Source of the DNA: Guillardia theta CCMP2712
Lineage: Eukaryota > Protista > Cryptophyta
Direction of reading: 5' to 3'
NCBI RefSeq assembly: GCF_000315625.1
Contig: NW_005434621.1
Coordinates: forward strand, 197,345 to 261,344
DNA: 64,000 nt
A program made the translations under genes and the position numbers. Each line of letters starts with the position of its first letter. Positions within the stretch are counted from its first letter, which is position 1. The notes beneath the pieces are model-generated. The model was not told the origin of the DNA and searched no databases. It was given only the letters and a program-made list of their open reading frames with translations. Shown here one piece after another: positions 28,859 through 41,000 of the stretch.

Positions 28859-30153
28859 CGTTGAATCTAAACAAAAATTTCAATGATAGCGACATGCCGA
28901 TACAACGCTAATGGTGAACACGGAAATGACTCATTGGTTCTGTCATCACACCATGAGCCAAGCACTTGGCTTATCTTTGAGCTCATAACGTAACATTCAT
29001 GGTTCTCCACCCCTACCTCCTCCTCACGGGCTGCTGGCTACACCTCTTGCTTGACCTCTCTGCGCTCTCCTGCACCCTCATCTCATACTCTGTAATCTCT
29101 TCTTTATCCTCTCTCCTGTCATGTCCCCTACCTCACTGTCTGTTCCCCATTCTCATCATTCCTTTCTCGTTGCTTGCCCAGACCCGCACACCGCGCTCTG
29201 GAAGCCTTCATTACTTCAATAAATCTTCCAAAAACATTGCAGTTGTTTATTGATTTTCAATTCTTTGCAGTAAAATAGAAGTACCCCACCATTATGAACT
29301 GGGATCTACCACCCCATTACCCCCATCATCTAGATAAATTTTCTCTTCGTAGGAAGGGTACACACAGGCCTTTCTACATGCCATGAAGGGTGGGGGTAGA
29401 TGTATATAAAATCAGACAGTTCTGACGTGGACAGAGTTGAGGAAGACAGGACGAAAATTTAAAAACAATTTTGAAGGAAACTGATGGGTAGGGGGTCAGT
29501 TTGGATGGGGTAGGGGGTACTTCCAAATGATCGAGAGAGGGTGCTACACATATGAAATTTTGGGGTATTAGAGAAGGTTAGGGGAAACAAAGTGGAAGTG
29601 GTGTGAATTCTCGAAGGGGTAGGGGTACTACAGAGGAGGTGTAGTGTTAGTCCCCACCTTCAAATCTTCCATATTCAATTCCAAATATTGAGAGGAGAAA
29701 TTGAAATGAGTGTGAATTTGCAAATCAGCTGCCGAAGATTCAAGGAAACACGGCAGCAACCTCAAAGTCCGCTCTAGAATTCAATAAATGAAGTCAAAAG
29801 TTTGAAATCGGAAAGCAACTTGAAAAAAGTTGACCGTTTCCTTGCACCAGATCGGACGCCCGGCCGCCGCCGGGCCCGGGTTGGCAGCCACGGTGCTGGG
29901 CGGCCGCCCGGCCGTACAGTGATAGTAAAGCTACGGTCAGTGAAAACTAGCCCCGGGCCATGCAGTCACGCCGTGACGGAGTCACGGCGTGCCGCGTCCC
30001 TCAGTCCGACCGGGCGGTTGTACCGTTAGTAAGGGGCGGGCCGCGGCGTGTACGGTCCCGGCTGAGTGAGCCGCGGGCTGCAGTGCAACTTACTACTAAA
30101 TCAGTGGGCGCTGCGCCGCTGTGCCGCTCGCCGGCGGAGCGGCTGACAGGCCT

Positions 30154-31428
30154 GATGGAACGTATGCCAGCCGTGCCAGTCAGATAGCGCCGAGTTAACA
30201 AAAACTCTCCTGTAAACCAAGACGACTTACGTGGCAGGCGGCAATGTAGTACATGTGACGAAGAGGAGGCCTTCCTAGCCGTCTTGCTAAGGTCCCCTCA
30301 TGTCTGGATGCTTGGGTTTCACATCCTAGCATACAGTCTATCTCTCATGTGCTCCTCAATTCTGGTTTTCGTGTGCCGCATGATTAAACTCGGTCTTGAG
30401 CAAAAACTGTCTTGTTGAGATTAAGGTCGATGTGATATCTGCGTGACTTTGGACTAGTACAAGTCTAACAAACTTGTATTCCGTCGGTTATGAGCCTCGG
30501 TTACATACTCAATCATGTTGATCTTATATTTGGTTAGTTGAATTGTTTACTGGAGTTTTTTCTTTCTTGGTATTGTTTTCCGTTACTGTTGAAAATTCAT
30601 GCAACTTTCTATCAAGCCTTACACATTCGGATGACTCTTCTCTTCAATCAGGCTCTCTCTCTAGCCGCAAGTTGTTTAGGCCTCTCATCTCAGCCTCAAT
30701 TTGTTTGATTGATCTTCGAATAGGAAAAACAAGCCTTTCCCCAGCCAGATTGGTCGGTCGAATATCTGCTTAACCGTGTGGAAACGCACTTGAAGCTGAT
30801 TCGATTCTTATTTTCTTGATCTTTGAGTAGGATCAAATGGAACTCCCAGGAGATCTGGCGGAAGTTTCATGTCATGGAGCTAGGCTGTGGCATGCATAAC
30901 TGGAGCTACTTCTGGATCGGCGAACAAGGTACTACTGCACAACAATCTTCAAATGCCTTGAAACGGATGTTCCAATCTTGCGGCAGCAATCTCTGGTCAC
31001 AAGTTCTTTACGGTTCAAAACATTTATCTTTTGGTCTTCAAATGCCGGCGGGCACGCTCTCTCTATCTCTCTTATCTTCTCTCTCTTCAGACTCTCTTAT
31101 CCTATCCTCCATCTCTCGTCATTGCATCCGCTCGCCAGGCATCTCCCCTTATCTCTGTACCGCACATCTAACAGCCCTGCATGAAAATCTTCTTCAGAAT
31201 GGACAATCCTCGAATGGTTATTGCCCACTCAGCATGACTGTGAACTTGACGTTGTATCATCGTATCTTGACTTGGATCTGCTGACATTCTCTTGTTTGTG
31301 TGACTTTCTGACGTCCGATGTAACGTACTATTTCAGAAACTCGGGGGGAGGATGGAACGTATGCCAGCCGTGCCAGTCAGATAGCGTGACTTTGGACTAG
31401 TACAAGTCTAACAAACTTGTATTCCGTC
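30154..31428. repeat. Split direct repeat: A (30154-30189) and B (30441-30485) recur fused as AB (31351-31428)
   Basis: Exact 36-bp and 45-bp matches that share GCG at the junction. Confidence 0.9.
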
Positions 31429-31563
31429 AAGGCCCGGCAGTCCCACCGCGCAGCGCCCGGCCGGGCCCGGGGCTCACTGGACTCGTATGGCGCACACCGC
31501 CCGGTACGGTACCGTACGGTACGGTACGGTAGTACGTACTGTAATAGTCAATACCAGCCCCCG

Positions 31564-31626
31564 CCTGTAGTGTAGTACTAATTATCTTCAAGTACTACCT
31601 GTAGTGTAGTACTAATTATCTTCAAG
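31564..31626. repeat. 29-bp direct repeat, two copies
   Basis: CCTGTAGTGTAGTACTAATTATCTTCAAG at 31564 and 31598. Confidence 0.9.
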
Positions 31627-32028
31627 GCTTCAAGTTTTTGCACTACCAACACATAATTTTTTATCTTTTACTAACTTAATGAAGGATTCTCAGTCTAGTA
31701 CTGATTTACAGTACTTGATGTATGTTTTAAAAGCAAGTTGTATTGCTTTACCGTACTTGAATCAATAATGTAGGCCCGGCGGTTGAGAAGGGTGGTCCAC
31801 CCTCCCCCTTTGGGTCTTTTCAAATTGTACAGCGAAGATTGATTTTCTGAATAAATATAATCATTCAATATTATTGATTGATAATTTATGGGTCTAATTG
31901 TGGGGTTAGAACGGAGGAGAGGGGCAACCGGCAGACGTTGTGCCGCGGGGCATGGTGGCAAGAAGAGGGAGGGGGGGAACCTGAGCGAAGAGGAGGCGGA
32001 AACAACAGGAAACTCCTGACATAGAATC

Positions 32029-35000
32029 ATGGCTGATCCTAGATACAAGTACGTGCAAGAAAGGATTGAGCAGGGGTTGAGGGGTTGGGAGTTCAGTCCA
32101 TCGGTCGATTCTCTGCTCTCCCAAGGGAAGAACCGCCAAATCCTTGAAGATTTTATGAAACCAAATGGACCTGAAAAAATGATGATATGCTGTCAGGTAG
32201 TGAACTCTTGTTGACAGAAGATTTTTCCCTGACAATTTTGCTCTCACAGCGAAGTACCAGCGGGAAGAATAAGTTGTACATGACCACGGGACAGGACGAA
32301 ATTCTGAATGGCAAATGCTGTTACTTCACAAGAGTTAATCCGAAGGGGATTGATGTCAAGTCCTTTGAATTGGATTGCGCTTATGGAGAAATTGTTGGAA
32401 ATCCACTTTCAAACTTCAACGTGGTAGTACAAGACGTTTTCCGGGTACGTTGCCTGTTGTCGTCATCACATAAGCCTCATTATTCTGTTCCCTCAGCCCG
32501 CAATCGAGTCTGAAGAGTCCTTTGGAAAGTGCCCTGAAGAAAATTGGAAAGAATACTCTGGCACTGTGTCAAAGTTTGCAGAAATGCTCACAGAAGCTGT
32601 ACACAGTCTGAAGGGTGGAATTGAGTTGCCTATGCCCGATTCAAAATATGAAACAGTAATTCTTTCACTTCGTCTCGACCTATCTGACTGAAACTTTGCA
32701 AGATTCAACCCACCCAGCCGGCTTTCGCCAAAGCTGCTGTTGATAGGTTTAATTTTTTTCATTGATGTTTCGTGAATGTAAAACCTCTTATCCAGCGACG
32801 TCGTAACTCACTTCGAAAACATCGTGGAGAGATGGTGCTCGCAAATTGAAGATCTTCTCGATGAAAAGCAACCTCCTTCCAAAGACGCTGATGATTCTGG
32901 CCCTGAGACAGGTAAACCATCTTGCCAAAACGATGTTGAACACTCTTGACACGTTGTATCAGAGTTCGAATATTGGAGGACAAGGATGGCCAAATTCAAT
33001 CATGTTGTAGAGCAATTGAAAAAGCCCATCGCTAGAGTTGTGATTGGTGTGCTCACTACCGCCAAATCAAAACACTTGAAACGGTGGAAGCTATGTGACA
33101 ATGGGATCACTGACGCATTGAACGAGGCCAAGGACAATGTCAAATACCTGTCTACTTTGCAAAAGTATACAGAACCACTGTATACAGGCACACCTGAAGC
33201 GATCATTGAAAGCCTTCCTGCTTTGATGAACAACGTAAAAATGATGTTGACCATTGCCAGATACTACAGCACTCAAGAGCACATGACAACTTTGTTTGTC
33301 AAGATTACGAATCAGATGATCAAAACTTGCAAGAAGAGTATTGAATGCCCTGTCATTGGAGAGAACAAAGTCAGGTTGTGGGACCAGGACTATGAAAGCT
33401 TGCTAAAACGACTGGAGATGAGTCTTAAGTTGAACGATGCGTATCAAGAGCTTTATCGCCTTACCAAAGAAAAGCTTCAGACCCAGCCCAAAGTGAAACA
33501 ATTCGATTTCAATGAAAGTAGAATATTCGGAAAATTTGACCTTTACTGTAAAAGAGTTCAAAAGCTCATGGATATGTTTACTACCATAGTACAATTCAGT
33601 GCCCTTGCAAATAACAAAGTTGAAGGTATGGATTCTTTGATTTCGCAATTCTTTCAGCTTGTTGATGACTTCAAGAAAAAACCTTACGACCTTTTGGACT
33701 ACACCAAGAATGCATTTGATCGTGATTTTCTTGAGTATAATGTGAACATTGCAGAATTGGAGACTCAACTCCAAGGGTTCATCAATGCAAGTTTCGAAAA
33801 CATTACAAGCACTGAACATGCTCTTGCGTTGCTTAAGCAATTCGAGACCATTCTGCAAAGGGAAACTCTCAAATCCGATCTTGACAGCAAGTACACCGTC
33901 ATCTTTCACAACTATGGTCTAGATTTAGAGACAGTGCAGAAAATCTACGACAAGCAAAAAAATGCCCCTCCGACTGTTCGCAACTCTCCACCAGTTGCAG
34001 GCAATTTGATTTGGGCGAGGCAGTTGCTTCGAAGAATTGAGGACCCGATGAAAAAGTTTCAAGCCAACAAGAACATCATGACCACCAAAGAGTCTAAAAA
34101 AATCATCAAGACTTACAACAAAGTAGCACGAGCTCTGATCGAATATGAAACTCTTTGGCATCATGCTTGGTGTAAGTCTATCGAGGCAGCAAAGGCTGGT
34201 CTTCAAGCTTCACTGATTGTGAGACATCCGAAATCAGGAAGGCTCTTCGTGAATTTTGACAGAGAGATCTTACAGCTAATGCGAGAGACAAAATGCATGC
34301 AGCGGATTGGAATTGAGGTTCCAGAAAGTGCAAAAATGGTCCTGTTGCAAGAGGACAAATTCAAATCCTATTTCAACCAACTTTTGTTTGTATTGAAGGA
34401 ATACGACAGAGTCCTAGGAAAAGTCATTCCTGTGATTCGTCCACTTCTGAAGCCGCATCTCGATGATTTGGACAGGAAGATTCAACCTGGAATGTTGATG
34501 TTGACTTGGCAGTCCATGAACATTGATGGGTATCTGAACAGAATTCATCAGGGTCTTGCGAAATTTGAAGAACTTGTCAAGAAGATCAACGACCTCATAG
34601 AAAACCGAGTGGAGTCAAATCTCAAATATATCAGCAAGACATTGCTGGTTGATATTCAGTCAGATTCTTCATTCACTTTGGATCAATTCGTCATCATGCA
34701 AGAAAAGGTGACCAAGAAGAAAACTCAGATGATGGATGCCAAGAATCTCGAGGTTGAGCGTGCTGTTGAAGATCTCATCAACATAGTGCTCAATTTTCCC
34801 ATTGAAGACACGGAAGTTTCCAGTATCAGCGAAGAGACGATCCAGAAATTGAGGGATCACTATAGCCGGCTCATGTACTTGGCTATCTTGAACACCACAA
34901 AGAGCTCCTTTCATACCTTGAAGCGCAGGCTGGCATCGCGATCTGGAATGGGGGCAATAGTCGCTGACAAGCCCTTCTTTGACGTAAATGTAGAGCTTGC

Positions 35001-38000
35001 AGTGCCACATGTTACTATGAACCCGAGCTTGGATGAAATTCAAGCAGCGATCAATCGATGTGCCATCAATGTGTTGAAGTGTTCGAAGAGTATTTGCCAA
35101 TGGGGCCAAGACCGTACACAAGATGTCAACAAGCTCCAGACATTTCACTCATTGATTGCCCAAGACCGCGAGATCGTGAAAGTTGTCCTTTTGCTGACTG
35201 GAAGTGTTGAAGGTACAAAAAAACAAGTCCATGATTACCTCCAGACATTTTTGCAATATGAACATTTGTGGAAAATGGACAAACAGGCTGAATATAAAAA
35301 GTTCATGGCAACGGAACCGGACAACGAAGCATTTGATAATGAATTGAAGAAATATGTTGAAATTGAGCTCACAATCGACAATATTCAAAGGGTGCACAAT
35401 ATTGGATGTATGTCGTTGGATACAAATCCAGTGAAAAGCTCGCTAAAGTCAGAAGCTGCTGCATGGAAGTCCCAATATTCTAGAAATTTGCATTCGCAAG
35501 CACGAGACGAAATGTTATCATTGCAAGATATGATGAAAGAGACACTTCAGAAGCTTGAGCGTCCATTGAATGATTTAGATGACGTGCGAGATGTCATGAA
35601 TGTGCTGAAAGGAATTCGAGAGCGAGAGTCCGAGATCGATTATCAGATCATACCTGTTCAAGAGAAGTATCAACTGCTCTCAAACAACAACGTGTATGTT
35701 GAAAAAGAGGAGTATGACGAATTGAGCAACCTTGAAGAGACATGGATCAGGGTCAAATCTCAAGCAATGGCTGCTGGAGACCGCCTTGCTAGCTTGCAAG
35801 CTGGGTTCAAACAAACCTTGACGGAAAATGTGAAAGAATTTGTTGCTGATGCGAAAGATTTCAGGCAAGATTTTGTTGACAACGGCCCTATGGTGCAGGG
35901 AATTCCACCCATGGAAGCTGCTGAAAGGTTGAACAAGTACAAGCGATTGTTTGAAGAGCGACAAAGAAAATGGGATTCTTATTGTGAAGGAGAAGAGCTG
36001 TTTGGTTTACCCATAACCCAGTATCCAGAACTGGAACAGTGCAAGAAAGAACTTGAACTGCTGGACAAATTGTATTCCTTATACGTGAACGTGGTTCAAG
36101 GAATCAAGGGATATGGCGATCTGCTATGGGCTGATGTTGTAGCAAATATCGACAGCATGACAGAAGCTGCCACTGCATTTCAGTCTCAGTGCAAAAGAAT
36201 GCCCAAGCAGCTGAGAGATTGGGAGGCTTACGGCGAGCTGAAGAAAACTATCGATGACTTCTTTGAAGTGCTGCCACTGTTGCAGCAATGTTCAAACAAA
36301 AGCATGAGAGTTAGGCACTGGAAGGCAATAATGCAAGTATGTGGCAAACAGATTCCGATGGACGAAAATGGTCCGTCGGCCGAAAACTGCAAATTGCAGC
36401 ATGTGCTAGATCTTGGAATGGTTTCGTTCTCGGAAGATATTGAGGATATTGCCGGGGGATCTGAAAAGGAGTTGCAGATCGAGAACAAGTTAGACGCTAT
36501 CATCCAAATTTGGGAAGCCCAAGCATTCGCATTTTCCCCTTTCAAGAATCGAGGTCCTGTCATTCTTGAAAGCAAAGCTTTGGGTGAAATCATGGAATCT
36601 TTGGAGGAATCACAAATGAATCTTGGGTCAATGGCTGGCAACAGATACTCAGCTCCCTTTCGTGAGAGAGTTATGGAATGGATAGCAAATCTTTCCACGG
36701 TATCAGATGTTGTAGAGCAATGGGTTGCAGTGCAGAATCTCTGGGTGTATATGGAAGCGGTGTTCTCAAGTGGAGACATTGCAAAACAACTTCCCCAAGA
36801 GGCAAAACGGTTTCAAACAATTGACAAGAACTTCATGAAGATCACTTCCAAGGCAAACGAAGTTCCGAATTGTGTTCAACTTTGCTGTGGGAATGAGTTG
36901 ATGAGGACACTTTTGCCACATCTCACGGAACAATTAGAACTTTGTCAGAAGTCATTGACGGGTTATCTGGAAACCAAAAGAAATTGTTTCCCTCGCTTCT
37001 ACTTTTGCTCTGATGGTGTCTTGCTAGAAATTCTTTCTCAAGGTTCTGACCCTCATGCAATCGTTCAACATTTGCAAAACGTCTTTGATTCTTTAGCTGC
37101 GCTTTCATTTGACAAGCAGAAGAAGAATACTGCTGTCACTATGGTTGCTAACGACAAAGAAGAAGTGAGGTTTTCGACTCCGTTGAATCTTGGTGGAAAT
37201 GTTGAGGATTATCTAGGGGATCTCGTGAATCAAATGCAGGAAACTTTGCATGATATTTGCAGGGAATGCGGAGCAGAATGTGAAGGAATGAGCTGTGAAG
37301 AAATCGTCGAGAAGTTTCCAGCTCAAGTTGGCATCATGGCTATTCAATTCCAATGGACCAATGAAACAGAGGATGCACTCAAGCGAGCTCGACAAGACAA
37401 GTCTTCCTTGCATGGTTCGAATAAGAAAGCACTGGCCGTTCTCAATGAATTGATCGGAATGACGGTGATTGACAAATGGAACAAATTGGAACGCACCAAC
37501 ATCGAAACTTTGATTACCATTCAAGTTCATCAAAAGGATGTTTCAGAAGAGCTTGCAAAGAAGAAGGTGAAGGATCCACAGGATTTTGAGTGGTTGAAGC
37601 AAGCACGATGTTATTGGAAGGTAGAGAAGGACTGGACGGTCATTTCAATATGCGATGTTGATTTCGATTATTCACACGAGTATCTTGGATGCAAGGAGCG
37701 CCTCGTTGTCACTCCATTGACAGATCGATGCTACGTGACACTCTCTCAAGCGATCGGAATGTTCCTAGGAGGAGCACCGGCTGGTCCTGCAGGAACTGGA
37801 AAGACCGAGACCACTAAGGACATGGGACGAATGTTAGGAATTTTTGTTGTTGTTTTCAACTGCTCTGATCAGATGGACTACAAGGCATTGGGCAAGATTT
37901 ACAAGGGTCTCGCCATGGCTGGTTGCTGGGGATGTTTCGACGAGTTCAATCGCATTGACTTAGATGTTTTGTCAGTTGCTGCCTCTCAAGTAGCCTGTGT

Positions 38001-41000
38001 TTTGGCAGCACAACGAGAACGCAGCAAAGAGTTTGTGTTTACTGATGGACAAACAGTTCAATTGAGACCTGGATGCAGTTATTTCATCACCATGAATCCT
38101 GGCTATGCAGGAAGGCAGGAGTTGCCTGAAAACTTGAAAGCCTTGTTTCGTGGAGTTTGCATGATGGTTCCAGACTTCATGTTGATCATCAGGGTGAAAT
38201 TAGCTGCATGTGGATACTATGAGAATCAGGTCATTGCTAAGAAGTTTGACCTTTTGTACAATTTGTGCAAGCTGCAGTTGACAAAGCAGACGCACTATGA
38301 CTACGGACTTCGAAATATCCTCTCTGTCTTAAGGACAGCTGGTAAAGTCAAGCGTGAGAACCTCAGTGCACCTGAGCCATTCTTGATGATGCGAACACTA
38401 CGTGACATGAACATGTCCAAGATGATTGCTGAAGACGTTCCTCTCTTCTTATCTTTGATTGAAGATCTTTTTCCAAACATTACTGCAGAGAAGGCCACCT
38501 TTCCACAGGTTGAGAGTGCAGCAGAAAACTATGCAAAAGAGAAGAATCTGCAATGGAAAGAAGCTCCTGAATGGGCGGGCAAGGTTGTGCAGGTTTTGGA
38601 GACCTACTTTGTAAGACATGGGATTGGAATCGTTGGGCCCACTGGAGCTGGAAAGACTATGGCGTTGGAAACACTCGCAGGGGCATTGACGATGACTGAC
38701 GAGAAGCACGTCATCTTGAAAATGAATCCTAAGGCTGTGACGGCTGCCCAGATGTTTGGAAAGTTGGATGCCACAACTGGAGATTGGACAGATGGAATCT
38801 TTGCTGTGCTATGGAGGAAAGGAACCAAGGCAAAGAACTCAAAGACTTGGATTCTGCTCGATGGTCCTGTAGATGCAATTTGGATTGAGAACCTGAACAC
38901 CGTGCTGGATGACAACAAACTGCTCACTCTGGCGAATGGTGATAGAATTCCGATGACGCCTGAGATGAAGGCAATCTTTGAACCTGAGAACTTGATGAAT
39001 GCCTCTCCAGCTACTGTTTCCCGCATGGGAATCATCTTCTTCTCTATCAGTGTCCTTGGATGGAAGCCATTGGCTCAGTCATGGCTGCAGACGAGGAGAG
39101 ATAAGGAACATCAGATCTTGAGAAGTCTCATAGACAAGTATGTTGACCCCCTGTTTGAATTCCTGTTCCGAGACTGCAAGGCTGTTATGTACTCCACAGA
39201 GGGAATATACTTGAACAGTGCCTTCAAGATATTTGAAGAGTTAACTGCTCCTTTCATCGACACCAAACAAATCCTATCCGATGAACACATGGAACGACTC
39301 TTCATTTTTTCGCTGTGTTGGTCCCTTGGTGCCCTCCTGGAACTCTCGGATCGTACCAAATTCAATGAGAAGTTGATTGCAATCGCAGAGAATGCTCCGA
39401 ATCTTGACGAGGGCGATACCTGTTATGAATATTTGGTCGACGCGCAGGGAAATTGGCAACATTGGAGAACTAAAGTTGAGTCCTGGGAGTATCCTCAGGA
39501 TCGTGAACCAAAGTTTGCAGAGCTTCTCATTCCAACCTTGGACTCACTTCGATACGAGTCGATGCTTGCTACGTTGGTTCCAGCTGGAAAACCAGTTTTG
39601 TTCACTGGTGGTCCAGGAGTCTCGAAGACTGCATGTATCTTGATGTATCTTACAAACCTGAACGAGGAAATCTACAACATCAAGATGACTCCGTTTTCTT
39701 TCGTCACAACTCCGATGATTTATCAGAGGACTCTGGAGAGCACTGTAGAGAAGAGACAGGGAAGGACTTACGGACCACCTGGTGGAAAGAAGTGCGTCTT
39801 CTTCATTGACGACATCTCTATGCCTGTCATCAACAACTGGGGCGATCAGATCACAAACGAGATAGTCAGGCAAAGCATTGCCGAGGCTGGTCTTTACAAT
39901 CTCGATAAGCCAGGTGAATGGAAGGGCTTGGTGGACATCTGTTACACAGCAGCTATGACACATCCAGGAGGAGGTAGAAATGACATCCCGAACCGTCTGA
40001 AACGTCAGTACTGTCTGTTCAATGTAACAATGCCATCGTTGATCGCTGTAGACAACATCTTCGGATCAATTATCCGTGGTCGCCTGTCCGAATCGTCTGG
40101 AGTACCCAAAGCTGTGGCGAACCTTGCATCGAAATTGACAGAGGCTACCATTCAGCTTTGGCAGAAAACTTCAAGTAAGATGCTTCCAACGCCAGCGAAA
40201 TTTCACTACTTGTTCAACATGCGAGAGCTTTCAAGAGTATTTGCTGGAATATTTGAGGCCCCAAGAGAAACTGTCCGAGACGAAGTCTACCTTGTCAAGC
40301 TTTGGCGTCATGAGTGCGAAAGGGTGTTCTCCGATAAGCTCACGAATCTTGCAGACAAGGAATGGGAAAACAACTGTATTTTAGATGTAATAGAAGATGT
40401 TTTTGGAGGTGAGATGAGAAGCAACGTTCAAGGGATGTGTTATTTCGTGAACTTTCTTGGTGATCCGATCATCGATGCGGATGGAGTGGTCGAAGATGAA
40501 AGACCAAAGCTTTATGAGGAGGTGAAGGATCGCGAGTTCGTGAAGAACAAGGCGTTAGAATTCCAATCAAAGCACAATGAGGAGAACAAGGTTGGCAAGT
40601 TGGAGCTTGTCTTGTTCGAGTATGCCTTGGAGCATTTGATGAGAATCAATCGAGTCATTTGCATGGATCGTGGTTCAATGATGTTGGTTGGAGTTGGAGG
40701 ATCTGGAAAGCAAAGCCTTACAAGGCTTGCATCCTTCATAGCAGGAAATTTCACTTTTCAGATAGTAATCACGAAACATTACAACACTGGAAACCTTTTT
40801 GACGACCTGAAGCTGTTATACAGGACTGCGGGAGTTCAAGGCAAGCCAGTCACTTTCATTTTCACTGATGCCGAAGTCAAAGAAGAAGGATTTTTAGAGT
40901 ACATCAATCAAATCCTTTCCACAGGAGAGGTGTCAGGCCTGTTTGCAAAAGATGAACAAGACACCATCGTCGGGGAAATGCGTCCAATCGCAAAGAAAGA

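Noticed and set aside
30823-31284. 153-aa ORF inside the split-repeat block
   Set aside because: Non-ATG start, runs into a CT-rich tract and has no recognisable motif.
16355-31626. Short direct repeats (16355, 30154/31351, 31564) as a CRISPR array
   Set aside because: Only two copies each, no regular spacers, no cas genes, and eukaryotic context.
39607-39630. Non-canonical AAA3 P-loop GGPGVSKT
   Set aside because: AAA3 P-loops of gamma-type axonemal dyneins are commonly divergent, and the KT is retained.
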